From a virus (taxonomy: Duplodnaviria > Caudoviricetes): a DNA stretch of 64,000 nucleotides. Made by a program: the position numbers and the translations under genes. Shown in pieces: positions 44,006 through 54,038 of this stretch; positions within the stretch are counted from its first letter, which is position 1, and each line of letters begins with the position of its first letter. The stretch is from the IMG/VR virus record IMGVR_UViG_3300032305_001732, positions 1-64,000 of that record, one strand, 5' to 3'. Under the pieces are notes generated by a model that had not been told where the DNA came from, did not search any database, and worked only from the letters and a program-made list of their open reading frames with translations.

Positions 44006-44389
44006 ATGTCTAAGTTAATGCTCGGGGTGTTTGCGCTCACATGGTTTGGGATGTTTTATGCCGCTACACCCAGACAAGACTATATCGGCGTGGTGTCGGC
44101 AGAGGCTGCTTATGCTTCTTTACTTCCTCGCACGACGCCGGTAAATCCGCCCAAACCGATTGATCCGAACTGCAAGACGTGTAAAGGCGCCGGGAAAGTT
44201 CCGTCGGGTGACGGACAGGGTTGGACAAAGTGCCCGACGTGCCAGCCAATGAGCACGCCGAAACCCGTACTGAAACAAACTGTTCCGCCTGGGCAGGGGT
44301 TTCCTCCGCGCAGCGTAACTCCGCCGCTTAGCGGCAATTGCCCTGACGGGAAGTGCCCGATCAGGGTTTACCAGATGATCCAGAGCTAA
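44006..44389 (+). CDS. Exported protein with DnaJ-type CxxCxGxG zinc finger
   Basis: Signal/TM N-terminus; CKTCKGAG...CPTC; CPDGKCP tail. Confidence 0.7.
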   Translation: MSKLMLGVFALTWFGMFYAATPRQDYIGVVSAEAAYASLLPRTTPVNPPKPIDPNCKTCKGAGKVPSGDGQGWTKCPTCQPMSTPKPVLKQTVPPGQGFPPRSVTPPLSGNCPDGKCPIRVYQMIQS

Positions 44390-44395
44390 AAAATC

Positions 44396-44896
44396 ATGGC
44401 AGATCGCAAGGATGTGGTCGGTAAGTGTTACACATACCGCGGATTAAAGTTTTACGCGCAAAATGGATTTGTATGTTTACATGACGAGTCCACGGGCGAG
44501 TTTTATGTCTTAACTCGCCGCGAGTTCCTAGACCGCGCCGCCGCGCTAGGCGAAGAAGCCAAACGCCTGCGGACCATGATGGCGGAAAATCCAGACCGCA
44601 AATGGATGGCGCAGGACCGTCTGGATCTGCAGGACGGCGTCGAGTTAATGATCGCCGCGGCTAAGGAAGCCAAAGAACAAGGCGACCGCACCGACCCGAA
44701 AGTTGACGCGTGGTTTATGCGGCACCGCCCGCATCGTAAAAGCGTGCTGTCAATGGCGGGCGGTTCCAACTTCACATCGAAGACGCCGGGCGCGCTTCCG
44801 CTTGGCCAAGATACAGGCCGTCATGTTAAACCTGACTTTTCAGTTTCTCCGGGGCAATCTGGTAAAAAGAAGCTTATCCTCCCCGGAGAGTTTTAA
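44396..44896 (+). CDS. Hypothetical protein (166 aa)
   Basis: Intact ORF in operon. Confidence 0.75.
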   Translation: MADRKDVVGKCYTYRGLKFYAQNGFVCLHDESTGEFYVLTRREFLDRAAALGEEAKRLRTMMAENPDRKWMAQDRLDLQDGVELMIAAAKEAKEQGDRTDPKVDAWFMRHRPHRKSVLSMAGGSNFTSKTPGALPLGQDTGRHVKPDFSVSPGQSGKKKLILPGEF

Positions 44897-45307
44897 ATGG
44901 ATATTACACCGCAAGAAGCGTTTAAGCTCGGGTTTTTAGCTCGATGCGCTGAAGAGCAACTTACCGGTAAAGCGCTAGACGCGCGGCTTGAAAAAGTCGC
45001 TGAGTTTAACAAGGGTGCGTTTCTTGGCGGCTTGGCTAAGTGGTCTCCAGTAGATCTAGGCGGGCTAGCAAGCAGCGGCTTACAGAATACTGTTGCCGGA
45101 CTGACAGCGCTTTATTCTACGCCGTTTGCTGCGTCAATCCTTGGCGGCGGGGCGCTTGGATACGGTACGGCAAAGATGGTTGAACCGCCTGTTCACGACG
45201 ACGAAATTAAAGCGCAAGAAATTGCCGACACGTACAAGCTTTATGCTGAGAAGGCTAGGGCGCGTAAAAAGATGCGTAAATACCGTATGGGAAATAGCAC
45301 GCTGTGA
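44897..45307 (+). CDS. Putative virion protein with K-x-A motif
   Basis: AFKLGFLARCAEE, EKVAE; ILGGGALGYGTA glycine zipper. Confidence 0.75.
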   Translation: MDITPQEAFKLGFLARCAEEQLTGKALDARLEKVAEFNKGAFLGGLAKWSPVDLGGLASSGLQNTVAGLTALYSTPFAASILGGGALGYGTAKMVEPPVHDDEIKAQEIADTYKLYAEKARARKKMRKYRMGNSTL

Positions 45308-45657
45308 GCATTAAAAAATACTACAGTGATCATGGCGGTCCGGCTCACGGCAACGACAGATTGCACTGGCCGGGTACTATGGACGGCTACCCTGTACGCG
45401 GACAGGGATTACCGCCGGATCTAAAAAAGGAAGAGCTAGAAAATCTTGACCTGCAGCTAGATTTCAAGAGCAAGATGTTTGAGCTTTGGGATCCGCAGCA
45501 AAAGGCTGAGTTTGACGACGTAAACGATAAAATAGTCAACGGCTGGTATCTATTACAGCGTCGCAACGACAACTGGGACGACACCAACAAGCATTTTCGC
45601 GTCTGGCTCGAGTGGGCGCAGGTTTACGGAATGCTGCCGCCAAAGGCTAAGCCATGA
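45304..45657 (+). CDS. Hypothetical protein (117 aa)
   Basis: GTG start coupled to upstream stop. Confidence 0.75.
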   Translation: MSIKKYYSDHGGPAHGNDRLHWPGTMDGYPVRGQGLPPDLKKEELENLDLQLDFKSKMFELWDPQQKAEFDDVNDKIVNGWYLLQRRNDNWDDTNKHFRVWLEWAQVYGMLPPKAKP

Positions 45658-46646
45658 ACAAAAACGAAAAACAAGCAGACTGGCTGGACACATTAGGCAC
45701 TACCGGCGGCGCTGTAACTTCAGCGCTGGCTAAAGCGCCGGGGCAGCTGTGGGATGCTGGCGCACAGGCCGCTAAAAACTTCTACCGGCACGGTACGACT
45801 GTTGTAACCCCCGCGGTACAAAAAGCTTACGAGGCCGCGCAAAAAGCGAAAGCAACTGCAGCGAGCCAGAAAGCGCAGAGCGACGCGCAAAATAAAATTA
45901 CTACGGATAACGCAGCGGCGAAGCAGCACGGTAGTGACATATTGACTTATGGCCTCGGTGGTCTTGGTGCTGGCATTGTATTAACGCGCCTGCATCACCT
46001 GCTGTCTGGCGCGAATAAGCAGCAGCCCAAATACACGAAATTTGGGCCTGGGCCGCAGGGCGTCGAAGACGACGAAAAGATTGCCAACGATGATTGGTAC
46101 ACAAAAATCGTTAGCGCGCCCGGCCATCTTATCCAGAATTTTAGCGATCCTGCTAATAGGGACGCCGCAAAAGCTGTACTTATGCTAGGCGGCACAATGG
46201 GCGGATTATACGGCGGCTACTCAATTATGTCGCAGTTGGCCGAGAAGAAACGCAAAGAAGAGCTTCAAGCGCGCGTAGAAGACGCAAAAAAAGAATATCA
46301 GCGCGCGCTTACAGGCCGCAAAGTTGCTGAGGATCTAGACACAGCATTTGCGCGTATTAGCAAACAAGCGGAAAACGGCAAATCCGAAATTGTTCGCGAT
46401 ACTGCATTGTGGCTGGCTGACACTGCTTTTGAGCCCATTCGCAGGAGTGGCGCCATGCCGTTATATGCTAGTGCTGTTGCAGGCTCTGGCTTACTGTCTG
46501 GCAAGCTGATGTATGACTGGGCTCGCGCGCGTAGTAAAGACAAGGCTCTAGCTGAGGCGCGCAAAGCCCGCGCCAGAATCGGCGGCGCTGCTCCTATCTA
46601 CATTGATCCTGAGCAGTTAGCTGCAGTAAAACGCGTCGCTGACTGA
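45654..46646 (+). CDS. Putative virion protein with multiple K-x-A motifs and glycine zippers
   Basis: EKQADW, EKIAND, RKVAED, SKQAEN; YGLGGLGAGIV, LGGTMGGLYGGY. Confidence 0.75.
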   Translation: MNKNEKQADWLDTLGTTGGAVTSALAKAPGQLWDAGAQAAKNFYRHGTTVVTPAVQKAYEAAQKAKATAASQKAQSDAQNKITTDNAAAKQHGSDILTYGLGGLGAGIVLTRLHHLLSGANKQQPKYTKFGPGPQGVEDDEKIANDDWYTKIVSAPGHLIQNFSDPANRDAAKAVLMLGGTMGGLYGGYSIMSQLAEKKRKEELQARVEDAKKEYQRALTGRKVAEDLDTAFARISKQAENGKSEIVRDTALWLADTAFEPIRRSGAMPLYASAVAGSGLLSGKLMYDWARARSKDKALAEARKARARIGGAAPIYIDPEQLAAVKRVAD

Positions 46647-46671
46647 TTTGAGCTGTATATGAGCAGAGACC

Positions 46672-49600
46672 ATGCCAGACTTAAATCCGTCCAATTCTAT
46701 TCTCGGACCCACTACGCGCGAGTTCGGTGACGTTCAGTCACTGCGCAGCGGTATTTTTAATCAAGCGCAGCAGTCGGCGTTGCAAGTAGCGCCGTTTGAG
46801 CCTGGCGCTATTCGTACAGGCATTTTTAATGGCGTGCTGCAGCAAGCACAGAATATCAAGCCAATACAAAATGATCTTTATACGCTCAGCCTGCAAGACG
46901 TGAATTACGAAGGCCCCGAGAACTTTACAAAAAAAGATCACAAGCAGGCAGTGCTGTCACACGGCAGTCTGGCGCGTAAATTGCGTGGTACTTGGACGTT
47001 GACTGACAACGCGAGCGGCGAAGCAATATCGCAACGGCGCGCAACGATTGCGAATGTGCCCTATCTAACGCACGCCGGCACGTTTGTGAACAATGGCGTC
47101 GAGTACACGCTGGCCCACCAGATGCGTTTACGCCCAGGTGTGTATACGCGTGAAAAAGACAACGGCGAGCTGGAAGCGCATGTAAACGTCCTTCCAGGCA
47201 AAGGCCGCATGCATCGTTACTTTCTTGACCCGAAGACCGGCGTATTCAAGATTAATATCGGCCAGGCGCAGATTCCGCTTATGCCCATGCTTAAAGCAAT
47301 GGGTGTTCCAGAGCAGGAAATTCGCAAGGCGTGGGGTAATGAATTAACCGCCGTAAACATGGAGAAGGGCGATGCAGGAACTCTGGACAAACTGTATAAC
47401 CGGCTGGTTTATAAACCCGTTGCCGACCTTGATCCCGCTGGTAAGCAAAAAGCTATTGCGGAAGAATTCAGCAAGATGGAGCTGGACCCGGAAGTCACTA
47501 AAAGGACGCTCGGCGCGCCGATTAAAAACCTAACGCCAGACGCAGTGCTCGCAATCACTAAAAAGCTTATAGCAGTTAATCGTAAAGAAACTGATCCAGA
47601 TGACCGCGACAGCATGGCATTCCAGCAAGTATTCGGCCCTGAAGACCTTATTGCCGAGCGCTTCACAAAAGACCGGAATACGCTGCGGCAATTGCTATGG
47701 AAAGCTACGGCAAAAAAGACATTAGATCACGTACCGACTGGCGTATTTAACAAAGCTATTACGGCTGCGCTTGTCGGCAGCGGGTTAGGCTCGAGTCTTG
47801 AAGAAATTAACCCTGCTGAAATCTTCGACCACCAGGCTCGAGTTACGCGGCTAGGCGAGGGCGGTATTGGTAGTCTCGATGCCGTGCCGGTTGAAAGCCG
47901 AAGCGTGCAGCCTAGTCACTTCGGATTTGTGGATTATCTCCGCACTCCTGAATCTGGCAAAGTTGGCGTTGATATGCGTTTTGCTCGCGGGGCGCTTAAG
48001 GGCGCTGACGGAAAGATTTACACGCAGGTAAAAAACCTACAGACGGGCGAGACCGAATATAAATCTCCACAGGACATTGCCGATGCGCCGCTGGCGTTTC
48101 CCGGCGAAGATACGTCCGATCTGCCGACAGTCGCCGCTATTGTTAATGGCAAAATGAAATACGTACCGCGTGAGCAGGTGCAGTACATGCTTCCCCACAT
48201 GGACGCGTCTTTCTCTTCGCTGTCTAACATGGTGCCACTCAAATCCATGATGAAGGGCCATCGCGTCATCATGGGTAGCCGTATGTTCACGCAAGCATTA
48301 CCGCTCGTTGGCGCTGAGGCGCCTTTTATTCAATCGGGCGTCCACGGTACACCAGACCGATCGTACGAAGATGAGATGGGCAAGCACATGGGCGCAATCC
48401 ATGCAGACGGCCCGGCCCAAGTTGTATCTGTAACGCCTGACGAGATCGTTCTTCGCGATAAGGACGGCAACAAACGTTCCGTCGATCTTTACAACGATGC
48501 ACCATTTAATCGTAAAACATTCTGGACGCAAACACCGACAGTTCAGCCTGGTGATACGGTAAAGCCGGGACAGTTACTGGCAACGTCTAATTTTACTGAC
48601 AAGCAAGGCACTGCTGCGCTTGGGTTAAATATGCGCGTAGGCTATCTGCCGTTTAAAGGCTACGTGTATGACGACGCTGTGGTTGTTTCGGAATCTGCGG
48701 CAAAGCGCCTGACGTCTGAGCATATGTATCAGCACGAAGCAGAAGCCGACGACAACAATCATATAGACAAGCGTAAGTTCGTTAGTTTGTTTCCGCAGGA
48801 ATATGATCGCAAGACGCTAGACAACTTTGACGATAACGGCGTGGTTAAAAAGGGTACGACTGTTAAATACGGCGACCCGCTTATTCTTGTCAGCAAAGCT
48901 AATGAAACAACATACGGGCAGGTATATCGCGGCAAGTCGGCTAACTTCGCAAACGACTCCGTGACCTGGAATCACCATTCGCCGGGTATAGTTACAGACG
49001 TGTCGCCGACTAAAAAAGGTTACAGCGTTGTAGTTAAAAATCAGGCCCAGATGGAAGTAGGCGATAAGCTTACAGGTCGCTTCGGCGATAAGGGCGTCGT
49101 GGCAGCTGTTATTCCTGACGATCAAATGCCGAAAGACACACAGGATCGTCCGCTTGAGGTTCTGGTGAGTCCGCTTGGTTTGGCTAGTCGTATTAATCCT
49201 TCGCAGCTTGTAGAAGCCGCGCTAGGTAAAGTTGCAGAGCGGACTGGTCAGCCTTACAAGATTCAAGACTTCGATAGTGCGCGGGATCTCGTGCAATTTG
49301 CAAAAGACGAATTGCGCAAAAACAACATGAACGATCTTGAGAGCGTCACAGACCCAGAAACTGGTCGCAAGATTAAAGACGTGCTTGTAGGCAATCGTTT
49401 CTTTATGAAATTGCACCATACAGCTGAGGCCAAAGCACAGGGGCGATCGACCGGCGGCTACACGGCTGAAGGCGCGCCGGCAAAGGGTGGTGAAACAGGC
49501 TCTAAGCGAATCGGCACACTCGATCTTGGCGCTTTATTATCTCACGGCGCTGGGCAGGTTATTCGGGACGCGAAGATGGTGCGCGGGCAGGCTAATCCTG

Positions 49601-51123
49601 AGTACTGGTCGCAATTCATGGCTGGCTATTCTGCGCCGTTACCTAAGATACCGCAGGTGTACCACAAGTTTGTTGAGCAGTTGCGCGGTGCTGGTATTAA
49701 CACAGTACGCGAAGGTACTAAAACAAACATAATGGCGCTAACCAATAAGGACATTGACGAGCTTGCCGGCGATCGCGAGATTCAAAATGCAGAGACTGTT
49801 GATTGGAAATCTGGCATGCGTCCAAAGACGGGCGGACTGTTTGACGAGAAGTTAACAGGCGGCCACAACGGTAATCGCTGGTCTAAGATCACGTTGCACG
49901 AGCCTATGCCGAATCCTGTGATGGAAGAGCCTATTCGGCGTGTGCTTGGGCTTACAGAAAATAAATTCCGTAGTGTGCTGGCAGGGAAAGAGCAGTTGGG
50001 CGATAAAACTGGCCCGTCGGCTATTAAAGACGCGCTAAGCCGCATAGACCTACCGAAGGCTATGGAGCAGGCGCGCCAAGATATTCATTCTGGGCGTAAA
50101 ATGGCCCGTGATGCTGCTGTTCGCCGGTTAGCATTCTTAAAAAGTGCAGAAAAGACTGGTGTACATCCGGAAAATTGGATGCTGGACAAGATGCCGGTGA
50201 TCCCGCCGGCGTTTAGACCCGTGTCGACGATGGGGCAAAAGAAGATGCCGCTCGTTGCTGACGCTAATTATCTCTATAAAGAGCTTCTAGACGCTAACGG
50301 AGCGCTAAAAGACTCGTCCGGCGTGTTGTCAGACACTGGCGACGAGCGTTTAGGGTTATACGACGCCATGAAAGGCGTTACAGGCCTCGGCGACCCAACA
50401 CAATCAAAGAATGTAGAGCGCCGAGTACGTGGTTTTCTGTCGCAGATCTTTGGAAATTCGCCAAAATACGGCACAGTGCAGCGAAAACTGCTTAGCAGCA
50501 CTGTAGACCTAGTCGGCCGCGCTGTTATTACGCCTAATCCCGACCTAGACATGGATCAGGTGGCGCTTCCGGAAGAAAAAGCCTGGGAAATATACAAGCC
50601 GTTTATTGTACGCGGCCTTGTGCGGCGTGGTTTGCCTCGTATGGAAGCTATCAACGCATTTGACGGCAAGAGTAAAGAAGCGCTAAGCGAACTTCAGACG
50701 CAAATGAACTCGCGGCCAATTATTATCAATCGCGCGCCCGTTTTACATCGTTATGGTATGATGGCCTTTTATCCAAGGCTGACAAAAAACAAAGTTATGG
50801 AGGTTAGTCCGCTTGTAACCAAGGGTTTCGGCGCCGACTTCGACGGTGACGCGATGCAATATCACGTCCCAAGCACGGATGACGCTGCCAAAGAAGCTGT
50901 TGCGAAGATGCTGCCAAGTAAAAACTTGTTTGCGGCTTCTACATTCAAAGCGCACTACACTCCAGTAGCGGAATATCAGTCAGGGCTGTATGTTGCTTCT
51001 AATAGAATCAACAAACAAGCGCAGCCGAAGGTATTTAGAAGTAAACAAGACGCAATTGCGGCATATCGACGTGGCGACATTGAGGTTGACACGCCAGTAC
51101 ATATCGTAGAGAGCGACGATTAA
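46672..51123 (+). CDS. Multisubunit RNA polymerase, beta subunit fused to beta' N-terminal half (catalytic)
   Basis: beta motifs TPESGKVG, GDKLTGRFGDKGVV, SRINPSQ, KLHH...RSTG, RIG; beta' motifs GGLFD, LDKMPVIPPAFRP, GRAVITP, NRAPVLHR, GADFDGD. Confidence 0.95.
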   Translation: MPDLNPSNSILGPTTREFGDVQSLRSGIFNQAQQSALQVAPFEPGAIRTGIFNGVLQQAQNIKPIQNDLYTLSLQDVNYEGPENFTKKDHKQAVLSHGSLARKLRGTWTLTDNASGEAISQRRATIANVPYLTHAGTFVNNGVEYTLAHQMRLRPGVYTREKDNGELEAHVNVLPGKGRMHRYFLDPKTGVFKINIGQAQIPLMPMLKAMGVPEQEIRKAWGNELTAVNMEKGDAGTLDKLYNRLVYKPVADLDPAGKQKAIAEEFSKMELDPEVTKRTLGAPIKNLTPDAVLAITKKLIAVNRKETDPDDRDSMAFQQVFGPEDLIAERFTKDRNTLRQLLWKATAKKTLDHVPTGVFNKAITAALVGSGLGSSLEEINPAEIFDHQARVTRLGEGGIGSLDAVPVESRSVQPSHFGFVDYLRTPESGKVGVDMRFARGALKGADGKIYTQVKNLQTGETEYKSPQDIADAPLAFPGEDTSDLPTVAAIVNGKMKYVPREQVQYMLPHMDASFSSLSNMVPLKSMMKGHRVIMGSRMFTQALPLVGAEAPFIQSGVHGTPDRSYEDEMGKHMGAIHADGPAQVVSVTPDEIVLRDKDGNKRSVDLYNDAPFNRKTFWTQTPTVQPGDTVKPGQLLATSNFTDKQGTAALGLNMRVGYLPFKGYVYDDAVVVSESAAKRLTSEHMYQHEAEADDNNHIDKRKFVSLFPQEYDRKTLDNFDDNGVVKKGTTVKYGDPLILVSKANETTYGQVYRGKSANFANDSVTWNHHSPGIVTDVSPTKKGYSVVVKNQAQMEVGDKLTGRFGDKGVVAAVIPDDQMPKDTQDRPLEVLVSPLGLASRINPSQLVEAALGKVAERTGQPYKIQDFDSARDLVQFAKDELRKNNMNDLESVTDPETGRKIKDVLVGNRFFMKLHHTAEAKAQGRSTGGYTAEGAPAKGGETGSKRIGTLDLGALLSHGAGQVIRDAKMVRGQANPEYWSQFMAGYSAPLPKIPQVYHKFVEQLRGAGINTVREGTKTNIMALTNKDIDELAGDREIQNAETVDWKSGMRPKTGGLFDEKLTGGHNGNRWSKITLHEPMPNPVMEEPIRRVLGLTENKFRSVLAGKEQLGDKTGPSAIKDALSRIDLPKAMEQARQDIHSGRKMARDAAVRRLAFLKSAEKTGVHPENWMLDKMPVIPPAFRPVSTMGQKKMPLVADANYLYKELLDANGALKDSSGVLSDTGDERLGLYDAMKGVTGLGDPTQSKNVERRVRGFLSQIFGNSPKYGTVQRKLLSSTVDLVGRAVITPNPDLDMDQVALPEEKAWEIYKPFIVRGLVRRGLPRMEAINAFDGKSKEALSELQTQMNSRPIIINRAPVLHRYGMMAFYPRLTKNKVMEVSPLVTKGFGADFDGDAMQYHVPSTDDAAKEAVAKMLPSKNLFAASTFKAHYTPVAEYQSGLYVASNRINKQAQPKVFRSKQDAIAAYRRGDIEVDTPVHIVESDD

Positions 51124-51135
51124 ACAGGGAGGTTT

Positions 51136-51858
51136 GTGATGGCTATTGTTAATGCAGAGCTGCTTCGTTTAGCCAAGCAGCGGTTCACTAAAGCCGCTGT
51201 TGTAATGCCGGGCATGGACCCAGCCGCTGGCGGTGCGCCCCCCGCTGACCCGGCCGCTATGGGCGCCCCTCCCGCCGACCCGGCTGCTATGGGCGGCGCT
51301 CCGGCGCCAATGCCGGCTATGGATCCAAACGCCATGGCGGCGCAAGCTGCCCCGCCAATGCCTCCAGCCGGTGGTCCACCCGCAGCCGCGCCGCAGCAAA
51401 AGCTTAAGCCGGAACAAATGATGCAGATGATCGACTATCGTCTGTATAACATGCAACAGCAATTAACTGCGATCATGAATGCCTTGGGCGTAAAACTTCC
51501 GCCCGAGGCAATTGTGCTGCCCCCCGGATCGACCTCCGCGCCCGCGCCAGAAACGGCGCTCCCCGGCGGTCCCGGCGCTCCGGCAGCCCCTGCGGCAGCT
51601 CCTGCTGCTGGTGGCGATCCCGCCGCCGCGCAGCTGCCGCAGGACGTATACGCGGGGCCCGATCCTACGCAGAACGGCGGCGCGGTGTCGCCGATCGCGC
51701 CAGCAAAGGCCGCGTGGTGGCAGCAACCAGAGCCGGCGAAGGCTGCTTCTTATATTGGCGATCCGGTGCCGGCGACTGAAGAAGTTCCGGCTGACTTACA
51801 GGTTTCAGCAAACGCCACGAGCTTTTTGCTGAGGAGCCTGTCGCAAAATGCGCGTTAA
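51136..51858 (+). CDS. Pro/Ala-rich protein with K-x-A motifs inside RNAP locus
   Basis: TKAAV, PAKAAW, PAKAAS; tandem PPADPAAMG repeats; central QMIDYRLYNMQQQL helix. Confidence 0.75.
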   Translation: MMAIVNAELLRLAKQRFTKAAVVMPGMDPAAGGAPPADPAAMGAPPADPAAMGGAPAPMPAMDPNAMAAQAAPPMPPAGGPPAAAPQQKLKPEQMMQMIDYRLYNMQQQLTAIMNALGVKLPPEAIVLPPGSTSAPAPETALPGGPGAPAAPAAAPAAGGDPAAAQLPQDVYAGPDPTQNGGAVSPIAPAKAAWWQQPEPAKAASYIGDPVPATEEVPADLQVSANATSFLLRSLSQNAR

Positions 51859-52090
51859 AACGCAACATTTCCTGCAGCCAGCTATTGCTGACGCGCATAG
51901 CGTGATAGTTGAAAACGCTGCAGGTCAGCCGATATTCATAGCCATTGAAGGCGATGGCGGCAGTGTAATTGCTGCACAAGCCGGCGACCCGGACTTTGCC
52001 GGAATGCTTAAAATGCTTGGCGTAGAGAAAACGACAATGGTTTACAATATGAAACCAAAGTCGATCGAGGAAATGAAGGCGCTGTTTTAA
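51848..52090 (+). CDS. Small hypothetical protein inside RNAP locus
   Basis: 80-aa ORF coupled to neighbours. Confidence 0.7.
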   Translation: MRVKTQHFLQPAIADAHSVIVENAAGQPIFIAIEGDGGSVIAAQAGDPDFAGMLKMLGVEKTTMVYNMKPKSIEEMKALF

Positions 52091-52091
52091 T

Positions 52092-53951
52092 ATGCTGAAA
52101 ACAACGCTCGGCCAACTTTTGATTAACAACGCGCTTCCGCAAGACCTGCGGGACCATAACCGCGTTTTAAACAAAAAGAACATGATCGCGTTGGCTACCG
52201 AGATAGCGCAAAAATATCCTGACAAGTACCGCGAAATAACAAAGCGATTACAGGACATCGGCAACGAGACGTCCTACACGACTAACGGCTTGTCTGTAGG
52301 CCTAGACGCTATTCGCCCGGCTGTGTCTGCAATTAAAAAGCAGCACGAGGTTAGGCAGCAGTTGCGTGGAATTCTCGCCGACCGCACGCTGGATGACAAA
52401 ACACGCAATATGCGCATTCTCGAGATGACGTCGAAGGCGCAGCGCGAGCTTGTAGACTCTGTGTACAAAGACGCAGAGGAGCAAGACAATCCCTTATTCC
52501 ACCAAGTATCAGGCGGGGTTAAAGGCAATAAGTTTCAGTTAAACAGCATCATTGGCGCTGACCTGCAATACGTCGATCACAAAAACGAGCCAATTCCAAT
52601 TCCGGTAATGCGCGGCTACAGCCAGGGTCTGCGACCTGTTGAATATTTCGCTGGCGCGTTCGGCACACGAAAAGGGCTAATTGACTTAAAGACAGCTACG
52701 TCCGACGCAGGTTTCTTTGCCAAGCAACTTGCGCAGATGAACCACAGACTGCTCGTGACGGCTGACGACGACGAGATCGCTGATGACACGCGCGGGTTTC
52801 CGTCTGATGTTGATGACGTAGATAACGAAGGCGCATTGTTAGCTAGAGGCGTCGGACCGTATAAGCGCAACACGACACTAACGCCGAAGATACTAAAAGA
52901 TCTTAAATCGCTAGGTATTAAAGACATTCTTGTACGCAGCCCGACTGTTGGCGGTCCGGAAGACGGCGGCGTATACGCTAAAGACGTAGGCTATCGCGAG
53001 AAGAATAGACTACCGCCGACTGGCGATTATGTCGGTATCGCGGCAGCTCAGGCGCTTGCGGAACCTGTTACGCAGTCGCAGATTAGCTCAAAGCATTCTG
53101 GCGGCGTCGGTGGCGCTGGCGCTATTTCTGGTTTTAAGGCGCTCAACGCGCTCGTGCAGGTGCCAGAGAAATACCCAAATGGTGCTACGCATTCATCTAT
53201 TGACGGCGCAGTGCAAGAAATCCGGCCGGCCGCGCAGGGTGGCAGTTATGTAGTAATTAACGGCCAAGACCATTACGTACCTACTGGCGTGGCAGTGACA
53301 GTCAAACGTGGCGACAATGTTGAAGCCGGTGACGTTGTATCTGAGGGTATGCCAAGTCCAAAAGAAATAGTCGCGCACAAAGGCATTGGCGAAGGTCGTC
53401 GATATTTTGTGCAGGCTATGAAGCAAGTTATGGGCAACAGCGGCATTACAGCGCATCGCCGTAATATTGAGCTGCTTTCGCGCGGGCTTATTAATCACGT
53501 ACGCATGACAGACGAATACGGTGATTATTTACCTGACGACGTAGTGCCGTACTCAATGATTGAACGTAACTGGCAGCCGCGTGCAGGAAGCGTCCGCGCA
53601 GCGCCAAAAAGCCTGCAAGGACATTACCTCGAAAAACCGACTCTGCATTATTCTGTTGGAACAAAAATCGGTAAATCTGTCGTAGACAATTTAAACAAAT
53701 ACGGCATTACAGACGTCGAAGCGCATAAAGAGCCGCCGCCGTTTGAACCAGAGATGGTGCGCGGCATGGCTAATATCTCGAAAGATCCTGACTGGATGAC
53801 TCGCATGCTCGGGTCATATCAGCAGAAAAGTTTACTGCAAGCCACACACCGCGGCGGCGTTAGCGATACGGCAGGTACTAGTTTTGTACCGACGCTTGCC
53901 CGCGGAGAAACATTTGGTTTAGGCGGCGCGACAAGTGGCTGGAAACCGTAA
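52092..53951 (+). CDS. Multisubunit RNA polymerase, beta' C-terminal subunit
   Basis: KGNKFQL, YFAGAFGTRKGLID...TSDAGF (bridge helix), GIAAAQALAEPVTQ (trigger loop), HRRNIELL. Confidence 0.95.
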   Translation: MLKTTLGQLLINNALPQDLRDHNRVLNKKNMIALATEIAQKYPDKYREITKRLQDIGNETSYTTNGLSVGLDAIRPAVSAIKKQHEVRQQLRGILADRTLDDKTRNMRILEMTSKAQRELVDSVYKDAEEQDNPLFHQVSGGVKGNKFQLNSIIGADLQYVDHKNEPIPIPVMRGYSQGLRPVEYFAGAFGTRKGLIDLKTATSDAGFFAKQLAQMNHRLLVTADDDEIADDTRGFPSDVDDVDNEGALLARGVGPYKRNTTLTPKILKDLKSLGIKDILVRSPTVGGPEDGGVYAKDVGYREKNRLPPTGDYVGIAAAQALAEPVTQSQISSKHSGGVGGAGAISGFKALNALVQVPEKYPNGATHSSIDGAVQEIRPAAQGGSYVVINGQDHYVPTGVAVTVKRGDNVEAGDVVSEGMPSPKEIVAHKGIGEGRRYFVQAMKQVMGNSGITAHRRNIELLSRGLINHVRMTDEYGDYLPDDVVPYSMIERNWQPRAGSVRAAPKSLQGHYLEKPTLHYSVGTKIGKSVVDNLNKYGITDVEAHKEPPPFEPEMVRGMANISKDPDWMTRMLGSYQQKSLLQATHRGGVSDTAGTSFVPTLARGETFGLGGATSGWKP

Positions 53952-54038
53952 TTTTCAATAAGAGTGGATTATTCAGCTAAATCCAGGTAAATTAAACATA
54001 CCGAACGATTAAGTCGAATAAGCCGCATGGAGGTGGCC

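Noticed and set aside
21650-53951. Inteins in helicase or RNAP subunits
   Set aside because: No C/S...HN-C/S/T splice junctions or LAGLIDADG insertions interrupting conserved motifs
53976-54006. Sixth copy of bipartite promoter
   Set aside because: GCTAAAT is present, but the box 15 nt downstream (ATACCGAAC) does not match GGCATATTA
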